This document shows positions 43,835 through 56,001 of a DNA stretch of 64,000 nt, piece after piece. The stretch spans positions 496,001-560,000 of the forward strand of contig CP120453.1 in NCBI GenBank assembly GCA_034226945.1, in the 5' to 3' direction. Each line of letters begins with the position of its first letter. Positions within the stretch are counted from its first letter, which is position 1. Source of the DNA: Picochlorum sp. SENEW3 (lineage: Eukaryota). Below the pieces are notes generated by a model. That model was given only the letters and a program-made list of their open reading frames with translations, was not told the origin of the DNA and ran no database searches. The translations under genes and the position numbers were made by a program.

Positions 43835-45445
43835 TTATATGTAATCTCGCAGTATATTCAATATCACAATCTCTGTCGAGTTGAGTCCTTTGATGGTGGT
43901 TTTCTTTCGTGCCTTGTTCCTCCGTTTCTTGTGTGCATTCCTGCGTTCCTGTATATACTCATCTGCTGATATGCTAGGCAGCATAGCGTCCTGCGATACA
44001 GTGTCTCTGTGCAATTTTAATATCGTTGCTGCCATCTCTACGGCATTTCGTGGCAATAGGCACGGGATGGTCGTGTTATCTGATGAGAGGAGTCGCTGAG
44101 ACACGCTGTCAATATCCTCTCTCCCAGCACTGGTGTGGGTTGTGTCCGACGCGACTGCATCCTCTCTATGTAGACATAGAGGCGCAAACAACATCGTTGT
44201 CCAGAATATAGAATCAACAGGAGCATCCACTCGAGCATATGCATCCATCCGAGAAAGCATCGAGGTGATGACATCCCTATCCACCTCTGCATGGTGTGGC
44301 AGCATGAGTTCCATCATACCATACGCTGCAAGCAACGAAAAGCTCTCTGCCGCAGATCCATGGGCCATCATTGCATTCAACTCCATCTGCAGCCTTCCAT
44401 GTGAGAGAGATGTGATGTCGGTCCGTCGTGCCAATATTTCCCGCTTTGTATCTTCATCAATTCGCAAACCTAATCTTGCGGCAAGCCGAAGCGCACGAAG
44501 CATCCGTGCAGGATCCGAGCTAAAAGAGACATCAGGAGACTCAATTGTACGAAGCGTCTTCGTCTCACAATCCTCCACGCCACCAACATAATCAAATAAA
44601 ATCCTTGTGAATGGATCATACAGGAGAGCATTCATGGTAAAATCTCTCTTGATGGCATTCTCCCTCCGAGCCATGGCCCATGTAGGACCACCAGCAAACA
44701 CGCCCCCACCCGTGGAATCCACATATTTTGATCGAGATGCATATGCAGCAAGGGTCGCATAATCTAGCGGTATGTGCGCTGGGTCTGCATTCGTACTAAA
44801 ACTGCTCACCTCAATCACATGCCCTCGACCCACATGCACGTGACAGATTGGGAAATTCCTCCCCAACAGAAATGACCTTTTAAATAACCGAGCAACTTGA
44901 GACGGATCCGCACTCGTCAATATATCCACATCCTTTGGCACCTGTTGCTGCATCAGAACGTCCCGCACTGTGCCCCCAACTACATATGCTTCATGACCAT
45001 GCTTCCTCAACCCCATCAACACATGCCATGCTTCAGGAATAATACAGTGATCCCTAATACCATGATCACTATCTTCAATGATCCGAGCTTCTTTCATCAT
45101 CACTGTGCCAGCCTTGTCATATAGAGATGAACCAGCATCCCCATGAGGAGAAGAAGAAGAATACCTAGGCTTTGTGTCCCGACCATCACCGCTGCGAGAT
45201 GAGTGATACCATCGCCTCCTCGTCACAACTACATCATCATCCTTCTTCCTCCGACCCCTCCTCGGTCGAGTCCTCTTCTTCGAATGCCTGCCATCCGAAC
45301 CCCCAGAGGAACACACAACTCCCAAACCCGCAGGAACCCTTCCACCACAACGAGACCGACACACACCATTCGTCATCAACATTCTCATCGTATTTCCCCA
45401 ATAATGTACAACCATAGTCGACATTCCATCAATCAATAAAAACAC
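43835..45445 (-). CDS. Class II nucleotidyltransferase, bacterial-type poly(A) polymerase (PcnB-like), probably organellar; start uncertain
   Basis: YVVGGTVRDVL..PKDVDI, LLGRNFPICHV PAP-signature-like, KRDFTMNAL, DPARMLRALR. Confidence 0.85.
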   Translation of the reverse strand: MFLLIDGMSTMVVHYWGNTMRMLMTNGVCRSRCGGRVPAGLGVVCSSGGSDGRHSKKRTRPRRGRRKKDDDVVVTRRRWYHSSRSGDGRDTKPRYSSSSPHGDAGSSLYDKAGTVMMKEARIIEDSDHGIRDHCIIPEAWHVLMGLRKHGHEAYVVGGTVRDVLMQQQVPKDVDILTSADPSQVARLFKRSFLLGRNFPICHVHVGRGHVIEVSSFSTNADPAHIPLDYATLAAYASRSKYVDSTGGGVFAGGPTWAMARRENAIKRDFTMNALLYDPFTRILFDYVGGVEDCETKTLRTIESPDVSFSSDPARMLRALRLAARLGLRIDEDTKREILARRTDITSLSHGRLQMELNAMMAHGSAAESFSLLAAYGMMELMLPHHAEVDRDVITSMLSRMDAYARVDAPVDSIFWTTMLFAPLCLHREDAVASDTTHTSAGREDIDSVSQRLLSSDNTTIPCLLPRNAVEMAATILKLHRDTVSQDAMLPSISADEYIQERRNAHKKRRNKARKKTTIKGLNSTEIVILNILRDYI

Positions 45446-46104
45446 ACGTCATTGTGACATCACATGCGCATGGCAATCTAATTCCAATTCGAACCCTTCT
45501 CTTCTTGTAAGAAGGGCGATTTCATGAAAATATATTTACATGAATTGGAACTCATCAACGTATGTGGTCACCCATGCAGGGAATGCCGCATCATGCATGA
45601 AGCAAGGCGAATGAGCATCCACCAGCTCACCGGAAGAAGCACCTCTCCAGCCATTGTACATGTGAATGTCAAACAATTGCATGGATGGAGGCATCGCCTT
45701 AGCTAAGATCCTCTCATCCGGATGAGATATGTGGGTTTCAAGGTTTATAAAACTGGAAATCCCGGTCGGGGTGTGTCGTAAGTGGGATGCCCGCGTGATC
45801 ACATCATGATGAAGAGGCCCTCCTCCTCTCATTCATGTTTCTGACGCCTTCCGGGTAGAGCAGTTTTTGAAAAACGCAAGATGTATTAAAATGTGCGGAA
45901 TGGTAGGAGAAGAAATCAGTAATCTTTGAAGCAGACCCAAAGGTACGTGCCATGATGGCCCGTGTCGCTCAGGCTGGCCAGCCTTGGGTGGGTGAGGCCC
46001 GCTGGGCAAGCCGCGTTTACGAGTGTCCACTTGCTGCGCATCGTCAGTGCATTAAACTTGCATCTTTGTGCATTTTTCATTGCGAAATCTTGATTGCAGG
46101 TGAA

Positions 46105-46497
46105 ATGCGAGTCTCCCTTGTCCTCATGTTGGTCGTCCTGGCCCTGTTGGAACTCTGCACAGCAGCAGGAGCATATTCGATATGTCCTAACGAGGAGCGA
46201 CCCATAACCTGCTGCAAAATCCTTCGAGAAGTGAGAGGTAGTGCTCCATTCCCTTGGCTTGTCAGATACATTTGTGACCGCTGTGACCCAGGATTTGTCC
46301 CTTCTGCAAACAGGGAGCAGTGTAAACCAGGCAATGTGTGCAAACCTGGCTATGGACTGATTCCATCCAGGACTGATACTTGCCACCGGTGTGCTGATAA
46401 TAATTGCAAAGAGTGCTATGAATCGTTCCTGACGTGTACGAAATGCCAGCGTGGTTTTTCATTCTACCAAGGATATGATTGGGAAGTATGTGCCTGA
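46105..46497 (+). CDS. Small secreted cysteine-rich protein (CxxC/furin-like repeats)
   Basis: Signal MRVSLVLMLVVLALLELCTA; 14 Cys after the signal including CDRC, CHRC, CKEC, CTKC; probable 5'UTR intron about 45943-46099. Confidence 0.75.
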   Translation: MRVSLVLMLVVLALLELCTAAGAYSICPNEERPITCCKILREVRGSAPFPWLVRYICDRCDPGFVPSANREQCKPGNVCKPGYGLIPSRTDTCHRCADNNCKECYESFLTCTKCQRGFSFYQGYDWEVCA

Positions 46498-46952
46498 ACA
46501 CAGAAATGACATGGCATTTTTCACTAGTGTAAGCCACCTCTCAAGGCAAGGTTCAGTTACTTTTATACTGCATTATACTTTTTTATCAATGTACGAAACA
46601 CCAATCCATCAGTCACCACCACCACCACCCCTGTCCTGAGTACCCGGATCAGGCAATTTATTCTTGTGTGACAAATGACAGGAAGAGAAGGAGCAGCATG
46701 TGGTCTGTTTGGCACAACAGTCTCGCTGTATTCACTGATCCATTCCTACCAGAGCTAGATCTAAAGTAGTTGTAGTAATACACTATCTAGGCATTGCAGG
46801 AATACCAAAGAAGAATCTTCCGCGTGTCTTTCGGCGAACGGATGCCCCGAGTTCTTTGTATCTCATCCACGTCGTTTTCTTTCTTCTCCTTCCCCATTGA
46901 GTTGATAGATAGCTAGATAGATAGTTTATTTGGATGATATACTAGTGCAATA

Positions 46953-48155
46953 ATGGTTGATGAGGGGATACCTGTGGCTGCTGTCAACGAGCACGCGACG
47001 ACGTACACAAGCACGGCGGATACAAAGGTGGCAACGCCACCTCGTGGGATGGGAACACCTGGACCGATGAAGGCGCATGGTGGGGAGGAGAGACAGTATG
47101 ATCAGGGGAAGATCCATGTGTGTCGTCCTGAGAAGGCGGTGCACCCGCCGATGGATCCAGAGGCGTTTTATAGTCCTGATCACAAGAAGGAGCGGAAGGA
47201 GCGGGAGGAACGACGGTTGGTGTTGAGGGAGTCTCGGAAGAGGATTGAGCAAGTGGCTGTGAATCATTTTTGGGAGATTCCTGGTCGGCCTCATGTTGTG
47301 TATTCTGTAAAGGATTATCGCCGGGATGATGTACACGAGGGGCGTCGTGCGGCAAGAGATGAGCTTCCGTTTTTATTCAAAGCATTCGAACAGGGGCAGG
47401 CACCTCCTCCGAGGCCAGGGACGAAAAAGGCGGATCAGCCACGCGCTGCGACAATCCACGAGTATTTAGATTGGACAGTGACGGCGTCTATTCCTCAGGA
47501 TCCGGATGAACTGGATTTTGAGGGGTTTCGGGTCTTGGCATTATATCCAAGAAACAAACTGCTCTGGCCACCGCCATCTGAGCCGTATAATACAGAAGTT
47601 CCGCTGCAGTATCCTGAGATGGGTGCTCCCAAACCACCAGTGCCGCATTTGCAGGTGGCGACCAAGCCTGTCTGTGCTGCGACGGTGCGTATTGGCCCTG
47701 GATGGTTGGAAGTTCCATTCTATGCAACGCAGGAACATCGTCGGAATAAAGGGCATGGGAGGGCCCTGTTAGAAGCTATAGAAGACTTGTGTCGTAGTCT
47801 GAATATTAAAAGAATATTACTGTGCTCAACGGATGACCCAAAGGTGAAGGGAACGTGGTCTCATTTAGGGTTCAAGTTTACCTCGAAGGCAGACTTGGAT
47901 GCCATGGGCGTGTCCAGGCATGACCTATTGCACATGGATAATACGGTACAGATGCATAAAGAGGTCTCAGATGTGCGTCCATGGGCATCTGTGATGATGA
48001 AGCATACGACCTTCAAGCATAGGTTGTATTATATACCGAATGGGGGGAATGCTCCGCCTATTTCTGATGAGATTCTGAGTGGGCAGTATTACAAGAATCT
48101 GCGCAACATGCCACCACCGAAAAAGCCATCCAAGAGGCCAAAAAAGCGAGGATAA
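46953..48155 (+). CDS. GNAT acetyltransferase resembling the IDM1-type C-terminal GNAT domain
   Basis: LDFEGF, VCAATVRI...EVPFYAT..HRRNKGHGRALLEAIE...TWSHLGF; basic C-terminal NLS. Confidence 0.75.
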   Translation: MVDEGIPVAAVNEHATTYTSTADTKVATPPRGMGTPGPMKAHGGEERQYDQGKIHVCRPEKAVHPPMDPEAFYSPDHKKERKEREERRLVLRESRKRIEQVAVNHFWEIPGRPHVVYSVKDYRRDDVHEGRRAARDELPFLFKAFEQGQAPPPRPGTKKADQPRAATIHEYLDWTVTASIPQDPDELDFEGFRVLALYPRNKLLWPPPSEPYNTEVPLQYPEMGAPKPPVPHLQVATKPVCAATVRIGPGWLEVPFYATQEHRRNKGHGRALLEAIEDLCRSLNIKRILLCSTDDPKVKGTWSHLGFKFTSKADLDAMGVSRHDLLHMDNTVQMHKEVSDVRPWASVMMKHTTFKHRLYYIPNGGNAPPISDEILSGQYYKNLRNMPPPKKPSKRPKKRG

Positions 48156-48239
48156 TGGTCGTATTAGTATTATATTTAATATAGTAGTATCTATGAACAT
48201 GTATCTATCAGTATCGAGTAGAATAGAGGACATGTAAGA

Positions 48240-51200
48240 ATGCCACCGAAACGGAAGAAGAAGAAGCAGACATCACAGGCGAGGATAGGGCTCAAGGTGG
48301 ATGGAAATGAAGCTTTGAAGATTTCAAAGGATATTGAGGAGGGTCTGGATGTGTCAGAAGAGAACTTGATGCGGTTATTGGATATTGGTTCAGCTTGTCC
48401 GAATCAAAATTCTGCAACGACCAAAGGCGGTTGCAAGGTATGGGGTGATGGGGTGTTTTTAGTTTGACATTTTGATTGTTCTATCTGAATACATGATATG
48501 ATGGGAGATGGCTGCATATATGTGATGTGAGGAGAGTCTGGTATCCTAAGAGTTGTGTAACATGGTGCAGGGGTTGGCGAACAATCCATGCTGTCTGTGC
48601 GGGATTATTCCATCCAAGGACTCGTATCGAATGCAAGGATTGTGGTCGAAAACAGCGAGCAAGAACATTGATCCAACTCTGCAGGATGCAGATCCTACAT
48701 CGTGTGCTCGGAGGAGCACTGTGTCTCCAGTTGGTCTGACCAATTTGGGGAATACCTGTTACTTCAACAGCGTGATTCAGTGCTTATTTGCTATTGATGA
48801 GTTCAAATATGCGATATTAGAGGCTTGTATGTCTCATCTCGAGGGGAACGAGGTATTGCAGAGGCTTTGGTATGTGTTCATGAGTGACATGTGAGTTTGC
48901 ATATCAAGGCAGTGTATGTACTGATGCTCATGTGTCCTGATGTAGCGATATATTTGTCACATTGGAATGTGGTCCCAGGAATTACGTTGATCCAGAGCCG
49001 CTTATATCAGCACTCCGGTTGGACAGCTCTGTACAGCAGGATGGTCAGGAGTTTATGAAATTGTTTCTGACATTGCTGGAAACTGCGTGTGAAGCCATCC
49101 CCATGCTAGGACAGAAGATAGCATCCATGTTCAAAGGCAAATCTGGGTATCAGACGAGATGCCTGTCATGTGAGAACTTGTCTCACAGTAGCAATCGTTT
49201 TGATGATTTTTGTGAATTGGATATTCCAATCAAAGGGTACACGAGTCTAGAGGAGTCAATGGGAGCTCTTCTTGCTCCAGAGATTTTAGAGGGTGACAAT
49301 CAGTACTATTGCGATCATTGTGGTCAGAAGCAAGATGCTGCTCGGCAGTTGATTGTGAAGGATCTTCCGCCTGTTTTGTGTTTGTCGTTACAGAGATTTG
49401 TCTTTGATTTACAGGTTTGTGACTTTGTGTGCATAGGCAGCCTGTTGCATTCTTTCATTGATTCGATACCTGTTGTGCAGAAAATGGATAGGGTGAAGGC
49501 TTCGGATAAATTTTCCTTCCCTGTGGAGATTGATGCCTACATGGTGACGCATGATGCTCAGACAAAGGGGATCATGTACGATTTAGAGGGTATCTTGTTG
49601 CATAAAGGTCCTAGTGCCAGACAAGGCCATTATGTGGCACATGTCGCTGTGAGTAGGAAGGGGAGTAGGAGTTCAAAACCTGTCTGGTATCGATTTGATG
49701 ATACGGTGGTAACAAAACTAGACAAGGGGTCTGCTGGTCACAGTGACCATGGATGGAAGGCGAAACCAACTCTGCAACCTAGTATCAAACAGGGTACAAG
49801 CTCAACGAAACCAAAGGGAGACGGTGAGATGAAGGATCATCATGATGTAGATTTAATTGATTTATCTAGGGATCAAGATGTTGATGGTTTAATAGTCGAG
49901 GAAAACCAGCGGAAAGAGTCGGTGGAGGATGTCAAAGATGTTGTGAGTAGCAATGCATACTTGCTCGTGTACAAGAGGCGGCCTTCATCATCGTTGACTG
50001 GGAAGCGTGTTGCTAAAAATACTGAGATATTGGAATGGTATGTTAATTCTTTATGATTCTTTGCTTTATAGAATGCGATGGTAAACCTCGGGATGTGTAC
50101 TGCAGGCTGGACAAGAAGAAAGGAGAGATGCTCAAAGAATATGAGGGGCAATGCCAGCAGCATCAAAAGATTGTCGAAGAAGCTCGTGGACAAATCGAGG
50201 CGCGGAGAGATATTGTTCGAGATATTGTGGATTCATCCAAGACCGTAGAAGGCTCTGGCCGCTTTATTGTTGCCAGCTGGCTGCAGAAATGGGCAGATGC
50301 AGAGCCACGCGAATCGATATCAGAGGTAAACAACGATGCCCTGTTGTGCAACCATGGTAAGCTTGATCCCTCTCGAATTCAGGCTTCCAAAAGGTTAGCA
50401 CCAGATGCATGGGCCAAGATAGTATCGCTGCATGGAGGCAGCCCAGAATTGGGATTGGGGGATATCTGCAAAGCGTGCTTGAAAACACAGTTGGATTCCA
50501 TTGTCACTCAGGAGGATGTTGCTGTGAATAGAGAAAGGTTCCTGGAATTGAGCCATTCGATCAATTTGGAGAATAAATCATCGACTGATGAAGAAGAAAA
50601 TACGGATACCGCATTATATTATGTAGGAAGACATTGGCTTCGCAATTGGAGAAATAGAAAAGGCTTGTCAATGGGTGGCACGTCACCCACAGAGACATTG
50701 GTATGTCCTCATGGTAAACTAGTACCAAACTATCCGGACAAGCCAAACAAGCGAGTTGCTATACCGGAAGAGTTTTGGAATTATCTTAAACGTTCTTGGT
50801 TCGCAGCAGTGGCCGATAAGGATAGGAAATCGAGATTCAAAAAGGCAGAGAGTGGTGGCAATGTTGAGAATGGCAAGAAACGAAAATTGGAGGACAAGGA
50901 ACAAGGAACAATTTCAAAATCGGTGGATCATGACAGAGATTTGAATCAGGGGATATCAAAGTTAGCTGAGTTTCCATCCCACTGCAATGAATGCCCAATA
51001 TGCAAAGAGCAAATGTTGGAAGAATTGAGTGTCAGTGTGGAGATTGGGGGTAGGAGGGACCAGGAGCGAAACGTACTCAGGCATCTCGTAAGCACTCCTC
51101 AGAGCATTTCTCTAGTATTAGATGCATTGTACAAGCTAGTGCCATCCCTTTTTATGCAAGAATGGAGAGAATATATTGCAGCAGGTCGATCGGTTCAGGG

Positions 51201-52113
51201 AGCAATCGAGCCTCCAAAACTAAAGCCATGCATGGACTCTGTCGCATGCCTTTCGCACGCATGTGATTCAACTACGAGAATATGTTACCAAATACCACAT
51301 GTTGTGAATAGACGAGGGCGATGGATGGCGCTGAACGAAAAAGGCTCGGCCTTTGAAATCATCAGTGAAACTGATTGGTGCGAATTGTGGAAACTTTATG
51401 GGTCAAAGGATATTCCATTTGGGCCTCAGGGCATTTCGGTGTACCTATCACCAGATCAAGATAATAATTCAGGTCAAAATGGGGGTGGATTGACAGACAA
51501 CGACATCACAAAGCCTTCTTCAGCCCAAGATGCTACCAGCAACAAGGCCACATCAGTGCACCTCGCGACAGCTATAGATGTCTGTTATGAGTGTATTAAA
51601 GAACGATCGGATGCCATCAGAGCCTCTAAATTGAACTTCGAGGGGAAAGAAATATTGATCGAGATTGTATTGGACGAAGACACTGCTGTTCGTGACACTG
51701 CACAGCAAGCATGTGACGAGGTACCTGCCAATCACCAACAGCACATCCCCCATGAATCCCAGCCCCACGTTCTCAGTGTGAAAGAGAGAAAATCTAAACG
51801 AGCGAGAAAAGGTCGCTCACCAGTCATTGTGGATTCTACAACGACACTTGAGAATTTAAAATTGAGAATATTTGAGGCACTTGGGGTGCATCCAGGAAAT
51901 ATTCGTGCATTTGCCAAGGGGAAAGAGATGTTGGATGCATCAAAATCCATGATGGACTACGAAATATTTCCTCTGGAGGAAGTGCGAATTGTTGACACGC
52001 ATTTGCACGACTCGGAGGATCTGGCATCGATATTTCCAGACGGCGGGGGGGCTTGGGGCAAGTCAGATGACCAAGAGAAGGAAGGCTTTACTGGCACGGC
52101 CTTGGTTGGATAG
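48240..52113 (+). CDS. UBP26: Ubiquitin-specific protease UBP26/USP48-like; introns about 48438-48570, 48870-48945, 49415-49480 and 50038-50105
   Basis: Cys box GLTNLGNTCYFNS, QQDGQEF, His box HKGPSARQGHY...WYRFDD, DUSP-like CNHGKL/CPHGKL, C-terminal ubiquitin-like region and EGFTGTAL. Confidence 0.9.
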
Positions 52114-52231
52114 TTTCATTCGTGAACAAATCATCTCTCTCTCTATTTCAAGTCGAAAAATACCATTAAGTAACAATATTTGTCATTCATACATGGATGT
52201 GATTCATGCAACATAACGAGAGTGATATACA

Positions 52232-53440
52232 TCATTGATCCTCCAGGTTGCCGTTTTGAGCTGGCCCTTGCTGCTCCTCTGCACCATCATCGTGCTCTTC
52301 GTGTTGCTGCTGTCGGTGCTGTCTCCCTCTCCTCCCTCCCCCTCGATAATGATGTCTTCCAGGATGCCGACCAGGCCTTCTATATCCACCTTGCATTGGA
52401 GGCATCTGCATTCCAGGATATGGTTGAGCCAGGACCATACCGTCAGGCCCAACGGGAACGACACCATACGGCATCGCCATTGGATACTGTGCAAACGTTG
52501 GGGCCCCAGCATAGCCATACGGCATTGGATACGACACAACATTCGGAGGCATGGGCTGCTGACCATTCATATACTCTGCAGGAGGAGCTGGATACATTGG
52601 TTGCTGTACATATACTTCGTACGGTTTACTCCTCATGAAATCCGGATCAGCCATATCATTACTCTTATTCCTGATTCTTGCTTTTCCTTGTTGCTCCAAA
52701 TATTCTCCATTTTGCTGTTGCTGTGGAATACCATAGGGATATGGCATTATAGGAATCATCCCTTGCTGCATCACATCCCCACCATACCCCCCAAATATTC
52801 TTGCACGCGCCCTCTCATACATCTCCTCTCGATCCTCACGTGGGCCATATCCGTTCTGATGATAGTCATCTGCATGACGTGGAGGGCCACGATAGTGCTG
52901 CTGCTGCTGACCTTGCTGCTGCTGACCTCTTGTCAGTATCCTGGGCTGCCGATGATGATGATGATGTTGCGTCGGCCCCTCCATCGTCACTTTTAAATCC
53001 CTCAACACAACCTCTGGCCTCTCCATCGCACCCCCTTGCCGCGACGCAATGATACATGAATGAGCCCCCTCACCACCCTGAGCCACCCTCGTCGCCAAAC
53101 CCCAATGCTGCGCCGTCCTATGAACCAACAAACGCTCAAACGTCGTCCCATTCTCTTCAAACCTCATCTCTTCCTCATCCAATTCCACCACAAACTCCTC
53201 CACTTGCTTCTCTATATCAATAATCCTATTGCGGTGTCTATAGCTACATAAAGCGTTATACAAAACCTCATCGCAAGGCAGCGTGCCATTCTCCTCCTCC
53301 TTCGCACCGGAATCACCATGATCTTCTCGCAATGAAAGATTCTCCACAAGCCCGTCCAATCCGTTCGTACGACCTGCTTCGGAACTGTCATTCGGACATT
53401 CGGAAGATTCCTGCACCACCTTCCTCTCTCTGCCGTTCAT
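52232..53440 (-). CDS. R3H + SUZ domain RNA-binding protein with a Q/P/Y-rich tail
   Basis: TFERLLVHRTAQHWGL (R3H), DREEMYERARARIF (SUZ), DMADPDF. Confidence 0.85.
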   Translation of the reverse strand: MNGRERKVVQESSECPNDSSEAGRTNGLDGLVENLSLREDHGDSGAKEEENGTLPCDEVLYNALCSYRHRNRIIDIEKQVEEFVVELDEEEMRFEENGTTFERLLVHRTAQHWGLATRVAQGGEGAHSCIIASRQGGAMERPEVVLRDLKVTMEGPTQHHHHHRQPRILTRGQQQQGQQQQHYRGPPRHADDYHQNGYGPREDREEMYERARARIFGGYGGDVMQQGMIPIMPYPYGIPQQQQNGEYLEQQGKARIRNKSNDMADPDFMRSKPYEVYVQQPMYPAPPAEYMNGQQPMPPNVVSYPMPYGYAGAPTFAQYPMAMPYGVVPVGPDGMVLAQPYPGMQMPPMQGGYRRPGRHPGRHHYRGGGRRGRQHRQQQHEEHDDGAEEQQGPAQNGNLEDQ

Positions 53441-53888
53441 CCTGTTACATATAACACTATTGAATAAATCAATACAGACTGACTACTATCGTACAAATAC
53501 GGAATACTCTAAGATTCATTCGATCACTCTAGACAATCATCAGGAAGACTCCACGATGACCGAGACGCATATATCACAATATGCGTTATACTTCATAGTA
53601 AAACCACACTGCAGTGGTATAGTTAAGATTTGTATAGGATGGTCGTCAGCGGAATGTCCATCAGGAAGAGTGGTGGTGGGCACGTCTCTCCGATGGACAC
53701 ACATTCGGGATTCAAAGCACTTTTTTAAAAATCTAATTATGGCCATGGTTGACCTCAAAAATCTGTGGCATTGGTTTAGAATTCCATGCAGAATATATAT
53801 TGTAGGTATTGCATAAAAACTAGTGTATCTGGAAACGACGTGGTCGGAACAGGACGAGGAAGAGGACCAAGGTTCTAGAAGATTAGAC

Positions 53889-54954
53889 ATGGGAGTGATT
53901 ATTGAGGAGATATTCGACGACTCTTCAGTGGAGGAAGAGCAGCCTCGTGGTGGGAATGGGAATGGAAATGAGCACGATACTTGTCGGGAGAAGGGGACGA
54001 CGTCTCGAATTGTAGAGGCGTATGAGCAAGGGAGTGATAGTGTGGGTCCCACTACAACCACTGATACTGCTGCTGCTGAGGAAGAGGACTGGGTCGAGGT
54101 TGAAGAGCCCTCGTTTGATGATGAAGAGGGTGCTGATGGCATCAATAGTGGGAGACGCGTGCAAGAGAATGGTGATGATGATGAGTTGTTAAATCCATAT
54201 ATTCATTTTAATCAAGGGGATGAGGATGTGGAGGAGGTGATATCTGAGGAGGAGAGGAAGAGAAGGATGGAGGAAGCAGAGGAGTATCGAAAAGAAGGAA
54301 ATAGATTATTCAAGGAACAAAACTATATAGAAGCATTGGTACGTGATTGGGTGTGTGAGGATGATGCAAGAATCGCCATCTTTATTTATTCTCAATGATT
54401 TGCAGGAGTTGTATACAAAGGCATTAGAGGTGGCTCCTGTGGAGCCGAGAAAGAAACCCTCTGTAGCAGCAAATAATGCGACCGATAACAAGGAAGAGGA
54501 AGCAGAGTCAACAGAATCAACACAGTCACATCAGGACCATCGACAGAAAGTCTCTGTGTATTTTGCAAACAGAGCAGCGTGCCAGATTGCGTTGCGTGAT
54601 TATGAAAGCGCCGCAAATGATTGCTCAGATGCGATTGATTTGGACCCAACGTATCTCAAGGCGTACATGAGACGAGCTACGGCATTTGAACACATGGAAG
54701 AGTATGATCGTGGACTTAAAGATGCAAAGCATATCCTAGACTCGATTGATCCATCAAATGCATTTGCGAGAGCATATGTAACTCGCGTGACGCCCTTGGC
54801 GGAGAAGAAACAGGAGCAACTCAAGGAGGAAATGATGTCCAAGCTCAAAGACTTGGGCAATTCCTTGCTTGGCAACTTTGGACTCAGTCTGGATAATTTC
54901 AAAGCAGAACAAGATCCAGAAACTGGGTCGTATAGTGTCAAATTCTCTCAATAG
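53889..54954 (+). CDS. TTC1: Tetratricopeptide repeat protein 1; intron 54339-54405
   Basis: Acidic N-terminus, KEGNRLFK, YFANRAAC TPRs, EMMSKLKDLGNSLLGNFGLSLDNF..QDPETGSYSVKF. Confidence 0.92.
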
Positions 54955-55131
54955 TGATTGAAACAGTGGTTTTGTGTGTGTAATCAAACACTGGATGCCA
55001 CAACATCTCAAGAAGAGATCTGGAAAGATCTCATCCACCATTCTAGAATCCTCAAGTAGTCTCGGTGCCCCGGGCAGAGGTATTCTCAAAATTCAACACC
55101 TGATACTTGACAAAAATATCATCGAATCACA

Positions 55132-55839
55132 ATGCAGACCTGCACCGTTAAGTCCACCTTTGCCCCAGTGCGTGCCGCTCGTGCCACCCGTGCCACTCGT
55201 GTCGTGTGCATGGCCAACATGGAGTCTGTGAAGAAGGCTGCTGCCGGTTTCGGAGTCGGACTTTGCTCTTTGGCTTTGACCGGATCTGCCTTCGCTGGAG
55301 CCGACGTGAAGCTCGGAGCTGACAGTGGTACGTTCTTGTTGAAGGAGGATGATGATGTGTGAATGTGGCTGGTGTTGTCGTCCCCCAGATGACGCGATCT
55401 GTGCATCTATAACTATAAAAATAATGTGGATGAATTAATGGGTGATTGCGGGGTTGGCGAGATCGTCCGAGCCGTGGAGGCCCTCTCGAGCGTGTATCTG
55501 GTTGTGGATAAGCCTCGAGAGTGACTGGATTGTCTTAGGGTATTTAGGGTCTAACGTGCCTGTGATGATGCAGGAGCTCTCGTGTTCGAGCCATCCACCG
55601 TGACCATCTCCAAGGGAGACAGTGTCACCTGGACCAACAATGCTGGATTCCCACACAACATTGTGTTCGATGAGGATGAGGTTCCAGCTGGAGTGAATGC
55701 TGATGCCCTCTCCAACGAGGACTACCTCAATGCTCCAGGAGAGACTGTCACCAGAAAGTTTGACGTCGCTGGAGAGTACGGATACTACTGCGAGCCACAC
55801 CAGGGAGCTGGAATGGTCGGAAAGGTCATTGTACAGTAA
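55132..55839 (+). CDS. PETE: Plastocyanin; exons 55132-55327 and 55574-55839
   Basis: Bipartite transit peptide ending [42 protein letters not shown] copper ligands. Confidence 0.98.
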
Positions 55840-56001
55840 GTAAGTGCGCGATAATGTCCATCTCGGCGTCGTACCATGGCCCATGATGGGATGCATGTAT
55901 GTGACAATGCTCTGATCATCTTTTACAACTGCGCATGTAAAAGGAAATAAACCCATTGTATGGATTTCTACACAAATATGATTTACATATGCATACTACA
56001 A

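Noticed and set aside
45536..45832. 98-aa minus-strand ORF in a long intergenic gap
   Set aside because: No recognisable family or convincing exon structure; cannot be supported without a search
55534..55550. TTAGGG/TTTAGGG as a telomere or telomerase template
   Set aside because: Only two imperfect units inside an intron
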